A DNA stretch of 64,000 nucleotides, from positions 43,723 to 107,722 of the forward strand of contig CBDVDR010000011.1 in the NCBI GenBank assembly GCA_965372795.1. The letters are read 5' to 3'. Of this stretch, positions 59,945-64,000 are shown piece after piece. The notes under the pieces are model-generated. The model saw only the letters and a program-made list of their open reading frames with translations. It was not told the DNA's origin and did not search any database. Position 1 is the stretch's first letter; every line of letters starts with the position of its first letter. Origin of the DNA: an uncultured bacterium. Its GTDB lineage: Bacteria > Zixibacteria > MSB-5A5 > GN15 > FEB-12. A program made the position numbers and the translations under genes.

Positions 59945-61882
59945 ATGAGTAAAGTCATTGGAATTGATCTGGGAACTACAAACTCCTGTGTTGCTGTACT
60001 AGAAGGACAGGAACCGGTAGTAATACCAAATCAGGAAGGTGCTCGCACTACGCCTTCAATCGTTGCGTTTGCCAAAGATGGTGAACGATTAGTAGGTGCC
60101 GCAGCCAAAAGACAGGCTGTTACAAATCCCGAAAACACAATCTTTTCGGTAAAAAGATTCATGGGGCGGATGCATGATGAAGTATCCTCCGAGGAAAAAA
60201 TTGTACCTTATATCGTTACTGAAAATGAAAAAGGTGCTGTTTTAATTGAAGCCAACGGTAAAAAATATACACCTCCGGAAATCTCTGCATTAACTCTTCA
60301 GGCATTAAAAAAGTCTGCCGAAAGTTATCTCGGTTCAGAAGTCAAACAGGCTGTAATTACTGTGCCGGCTTATTTTAATGACTCACAAAGACAGGCTACC
60401 AAAGATGCCGGTAAGATTGCCGGATTGGAAGTGCTTCGTATTATCAACGAACCGACTGCAGCCTCACTGGCCTACGGTTTGCAGAAAAAAGGAAATCAGA
60501 AAATCGCTGTGTTTGATTTAGGCGGCGGAACTTTTGATGTCTCTGTTTTAGAAATCGGTGACGGCGTTTACGAAGTTCGTGCCACTAATGGTGACACCCA
60601 TCTTGGTGGTGATGATTTTGATCAAAAGATCATTGATTGGCTGGCTGAAGAATTTTTGAAATCTAACGGCATTGACCTTCGCAAAGACAGAATGGCTCTG
60701 CAGCGTTTAAAAGAAGCCGGAGAAAAAGCCAAAATTGAATTGTCGACAACTTTGCAGACTAATATCAATTTACCGTTTATCACTGCTGATAAAGACGGTC
60801 CAAAGCATCTTGACCTGACTCTTACCAGAGCCAAGTTTGAGCAACTTTGTGATGATCTGATTCGCAGAACCATGCAGCCGTGTCAAAATGCAATCAAAGA
60901 TGCTAAATTGACGTTTGGTGATATTGATGAAGTTGTTTTGGTCGGTGGCATGACCAGAGTACCGAAGATTATCGAAACCGTAAAAGAACTATTCGGGAGA
61001 GAACCTCACAAAGGTGTAAATCCTGATGAAGTTGTTGCCATCGGTGCTGCAATTCAGGGCGGTGTTCTTGCCGGTGATATGCAGGATATCGTTCTTCTGG
61101 ATGTTACTCCGTTATCACTTGGTATTGAAACTCTCGGCGGTGTGTTGACCAAACTGATTGAACGCAACACCACTATCCCGACAACAAAGTCACAAATATT
61201 CTCAACCGCGGCTGATAACCAAACCGCTGTATCAATTCTTGTACTTCAAGGCGAACGCCAGATGGCGGTAGATAACCGAACTCTGGGGCGTTTTGATCTG
61301 GTCGGGCTTCCTAATGCTCCCAGAGGCGTTCCACAGATCGAAGTAAAATTCGATATTGATGCTAATGGAATTGTTCATGTTGGTGCAAAGGATAAAGCAA
61401 CCGGCAAAGAGCAGTCGATCAGAATTGAAGTTTCATCCGGATTATCCGATGAAGATATCGATAAAATGGTTAATGATGCTGATAAATATTCTGAAGAAGA
61501 TAAAAAGAAAGCCGAACTAATCCAGGCTCGCAATGAGGCTGATCAGTTTGTCTATTCCAGTGAAAAGTCATTAAAAGATTTTGGTGACAAGATCACAGAC
61601 GAAGAAAAAAAGAATATTGAAGAAGCTATTCAAAAACTAAAAGATGTCATTCCCGGTGATTCTCTTGAAGAGATCAATACAGCAAAAGAAACCCTTATGC
61701 AGGCTTCGCATAAATTAGCAGAAGAAATGTATAAGCAGACCCAGGATCAACAGGCACCGGGTGCCGAAGCAGGTCCGCAGGCTGAACCACAACCAGAACA
61801 ACCTCAATCTGACGACTCAACACAAGGTGATGGCGGAGCAGTTGATGCTGATTTTGAAGTTGTAGATGAAGATAAAAAGTAG
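59945..61882 (+). CDS. dnaK: Chaperone DnaK
   Basis: [18 protein letters not shown]-terminal VDADFEVV. Confidence 0.99.
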   Translation: MSKVIGIDLGTTNSCVAVLEGQEPVVIPNQEGARTTPSIVAFAKDGERLVGAAAKRQAVTNPENTIFSVKRFMGRMHDEVSSEEKIVPYIVTENEKGAVLIEANGKKYTPPEISALTLQALKKSAESYLGSEVKQAVITVPAYFNDSQRQATKDAGKIAGLEVLRIINEPTAASLAYGLQKKGNQKIAVFDLGGGTFDVSVLEIGDGVYEVRATNGDTHLGGDDFDQKIIDWLAEEFLKSNGIDLRKDRMALQRLKEAGEKAKIELSTTLQTNINLPFITADKDGPKHLDLTLTRAKFEQLCDDLIRRTMQPCQNAIKDAKLTFGDIDEVVLVGGMTRVPKIIETVKELFGREPHKGVNPDEVVAIGAAIQGGVLAGDMQDIVLLDVTPLSLGIETLGGVLTKLIERNTTIPTTKSQIFSTAADNQTAVSILVLQGERQMAVDNRTLGRFDLVGLPNAPRGVPQIEVKFDIDANGIVHVGAKDKATGKEQSIRIEVSSGLSDEDIDKMVNDADKYSEEDKKKAELIQARNEADQFVYSSEKSLKDFGDKITDEEKKNIEEAIQKLKDVIPGDSLEEINTAKETLMQASHKLAEEMYKQTQDQQAPGAEAGPQAEPQPEQPQSDDSTQGDGGAVDADFEVVDEDKK

Positions 61883-61886
61883 CTGA

Positions 61887-63065
61887 ATGGCTAAGCGAGA
61901 TTACTTTGAAATTCTCGGCATCGACCACTCATCTGGTGATGCCGAGATAAAATCTGCCTATCGTAAAAAAGCGATGCAGTATCATCCTGATCGAAATCCG
62001 GATAATAAAGAAGCGGAAGAAAAATTTAAAGAAGCTACCGAAGCCTATGAGGTTCTGAAAGACCCTCAAAAAAGACAAATGTACGAACAGTACGGTCATG
62101 CCGGCGTTGATCAGTCTGCCGGTGGATTTGGCGGGCAAGGCTTTGGCGGTGGATTTGATCTGAATGACGCTCTGCGCGCCTTTATGCGTGATTTCGGCGG
62201 CGGCGGTGGTGGCGGCGGTTCGATTTTTGAGGATATCTTTGGAATGGACAGTGGCGGCGGACAATCGCGTCGACGGGCTCGTGGAGAAGATCTCCGTATC
62301 AAACTAAAATTGAGCCTGAATGAAATCGCAAATGGTGTTGAAAAATCCATTAAAGTCAATCGGGTTGTTTCTTGTGATACTTGTGATGGTTCCGGTGTGG
62401 CTGCCGGTTCTTCAAAACAGACCTGCGGCCAGTGCAAAGGCGCCGGTCAGGTAAGAACTGTAACTCGTACTTTTCTGGGAACAATGCAACAGGTAACAAC
62501 CTGCAGCACTTGCCGCGGAGCCGGTGAAGTTATTTCTAATCCGTGTAAATCCTGCCGGGGAGAAGGCAGAGTTCGTGGTTCCTCAAAAGTTAATATCAAT
62601 GTTCCGGCCGGAGTTTCCAGCGGTAACTATATGACCATTGAAAATATGGGTAATGTTGCTCCTAATAATGGTCAACCGGGGGATTTAATTGTAATCTTTG
62701 ATGAGACAGAACATGATATGTTTACCCGGCATGCTGATAATATTATGTGTGATATCCCGGTCTCTTTTATCACAGCGGCTCTTGGTGGTACAATATCTGT
62801 TCCGACTTTGGAAGGTACAGAACTATTGAAAGTGCCATCAGGAACTCAGCCCGGTAAGATTCTAAAAATGCGAGGTAAAGGAATTGGACATTTAAATCGT
62901 TCCGGTAAAGGTGACCAACTTGTAAGAGTGGTTGTCTGGGTACCGGATAAATTAAATGACAATGAAAAGCAACTTCTGAAACAACTTGAGGATGCTGATT
63001 CATTTAAACCTCCCAAAGGGAGTAAATCGTTTTTCAAGAAATTACGAGAGACCTTAGGCGTATGA
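61887..63065 (+). CDS. dnaJ: Chaperone DnaJ
   Basis: HPD J-domain, G/F region, four CxxCxGxG. Confidence 0.98.
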   Translation: MAKRDYFEILGIDHSSGDAEIKSAYRKKAMQYHPDRNPDNKEAEEKFKEATEAYEVLKDPQKRQMYEQYGHAGVDQSAGGFGGQGFGGGFDLNDALRAFMRDFGGGGGGGGSIFEDIFGMDSGGGQSRRRARGEDLRIKLKLSLNEIANGVEKSIKVNRVVSCDTCDGSGVAAGSSKQTCGQCKGAGQVRTVTRTFLGTMQQVTTCSTCRGAGEVISNPCKSCRGEGRVRGSSKVNINVPAGVSSGNYMTIENMGNVAPNNGQPGDLIVIFDETEHDMFTRHADNIMCDIPVSFITAALGGTISVPTLEGTELLKVPSGTQPGKILKMRGKGIGHLNRSGKGDQLVRVVVWVPDKLNDNEKQLLKQLEDADSFKPPKGSKSFFKKLRETLGV

Positions 63066-63949
63066 ATCAAAAATCAAATGCAATCGAATCATATTCGGAA
63101 CTTACGATTGAAATTCCGAATCAACAGGTTGAATTGGTCTGTGACTTTATCATCAATAACATAACAAACGGTATTGTTCTTGAAGATGAAGAGGGCAGCA
63201 ACATTACTCTTATCAAATTTTATGTTCCTGAAGAAACGGAAACTTCTTCAATAGCATTAATCAAAGACTTTTTTAATGGACATAAATCAGACTTTGAACT
63301 TGTTCCGGAGATAAATAAAAGTTTGATAAAAAATGTTGCCTGGGAAGAAGAATATAAAAAATCTGTCAAACCGGTTTGGATTGGAAATGATATAGTAGTT
63401 TACCCAACCTGGGATAAAACAGAATTTAAGGCTCAACATAAAATTATCATCGAACCTAAAATGGCATTCGGCACCGGTACTCATGAAACTACCCGAAGTT
63501 GTCTGAAGGTAATATATAATAACTTCCAAAGCGGAAGTAACTTTCTTGATTTAGGATGTGGCTCTGGAATTCTAAGTATCCTTGCCGGAAAAATGGGTGC
63601 TTCGTTTATCAAGGCGGTAGATTATGATATTCTTTCTACAGAAAATACAGAAGAGAATTTCATTATAAATCAAATAAAGACTCCTAATGAAATTATTCAT
63701 GGTTCGATTGAAAAATGTATTGATGATAAACCGTATGATTTTGTCTGTGCAAATATTATTAGAAAGACAATTCTTGAAATGCTTGATCAATTGAACAAGT
63801 TGACCAGGCAAAATGGAATCTTGGTTTTATCAGGTCTTCTTGAACAGGATGAAAATGTAATTCGTGAAGCTCTTGCAAAACTAAATCTGAATAAGATTGA
63901 ATCAGTGCCTGATAATGAGTGGCGAACACTAATTATTAAGAAAGCTTAA
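63062..63949 (+). CDS. prmA: Ribosomal protein L11 methyltransferase
   Basis: PKMAFGTGTHETT, LDLGCGSGILS, ANI, LSGL. Confidence 0.95.
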   Translation: MNQKSNAIESYSELTIEIPNQQVELVCDFIINNITNGIVLEDEEGSNITLIKFYVPEETETSSIALIKDFFNGHKSDFELVPEINKSLIKNVAWEEEYKKSVKPVWIGNDIVVYPTWDKTEFKAQHKIIIEPKMAFGTGTHETTRSCLKVIYNNFQSGSNFLDLGCGSGILSILAGKMGASFIKAVDYDILSTENTEENFIINQIKTPNEIIHGSIEKCIDDKPYDFVCANIIRKTILEMLDQLNKLTRQNGILVLSGLLEQDENVIREALAKLNLNKIESVPDNEWRTLIIKKA

Positions 63950-63950
63950 T

Positions 63951-64000
63951 ATGCTTCCACCCGTCTTTTATGCTCATGACGAGAGTTATCAGGATGGCAT
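63951..64000 (+). CDS. Start of a gene running off the window, probably RsmE
   Basis: ATG immediately after prmA stop (MLPPVFYAH..); identity from dnaJ-prmA-rsmE synteny only. Confidence 0.4.
   Translation, partial: MLPPVFYAHDESYQDG

Noticed and set aside
62195..62219. GGC/GGT microsatellite in dnaJ
   Set aside because: Ordinary poly-Gly of the G/F-rich linker.
701..63811. Numerous short antisense or out-of-frame ORFs in the ORF track
   Set aside because: They overlap well-supported genes and show no recognisable motifs; treated as shadow ORFs.
1..64000. CRISPR arrays, IS elements, prophage, or integrase at tRNA-Val
   Set aside because: No regularly spaced direct repeats, transposase, integrase or duplicated tRNA 3' end seen.

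Overview
AT-rich bacterial chromosome segment from a diderm, flagellated organism. The T9SS-like C-terminal sorting domains, PorV-family gene, Bacteroidota-type bS22 and cohesin/BACON surface proteins suggest an FCB-related lineage such as Zixibacteria (inference). Almost all genes are on the + strand. In order: end of a flagellar cluster (flagellin, fliD, fliS, FlgN-like, FlgM-like, HDOD); tRNA-Val(GAC); thrS-infC(AUA start)-rpmI-rplT-pheS-pheT-zapB-zapA-rny-ymdB-folD; a ~16 kb accessory locus; lapA/lapB-like, SPOR protein, mutS-mutL-miaA, LysM lytic transglycosylase, sppA, HU, bS22; secreted repeat proteins; purD-purE-TPR on the - strand; an orphan sigma54 response regulator with an adjacent enhancer/promoter and three exported proteins; hrcA-grpE-dnaK-dnaJ-prmA and probably rsmE. 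The accessory locus is the best candidate for an undescribed system. It encodes a sigma54-preceded Ig-repeat surface protein, a PorV-family barrel fused to TPRs, a membrane RsbW-kinase/HAMP/PP2C fusion, a STAS protein with an HTH-like tail and an A10 slippery run, a diguanylate cyclase, and Wza/Wzc/TPR/BY-kinase/deacetylase genes, which together suggest trans-envelope partner-switching control of c-di-GMP and exopolysaccharide. Other highlights are a candidate H-type pseudoknot before ymdB-folD and a sigma54 operon of polycationic exported proteins. No mobile elements or CRISPR arrays were seen. All calls come from motif recognition by eye; no database searches were run.
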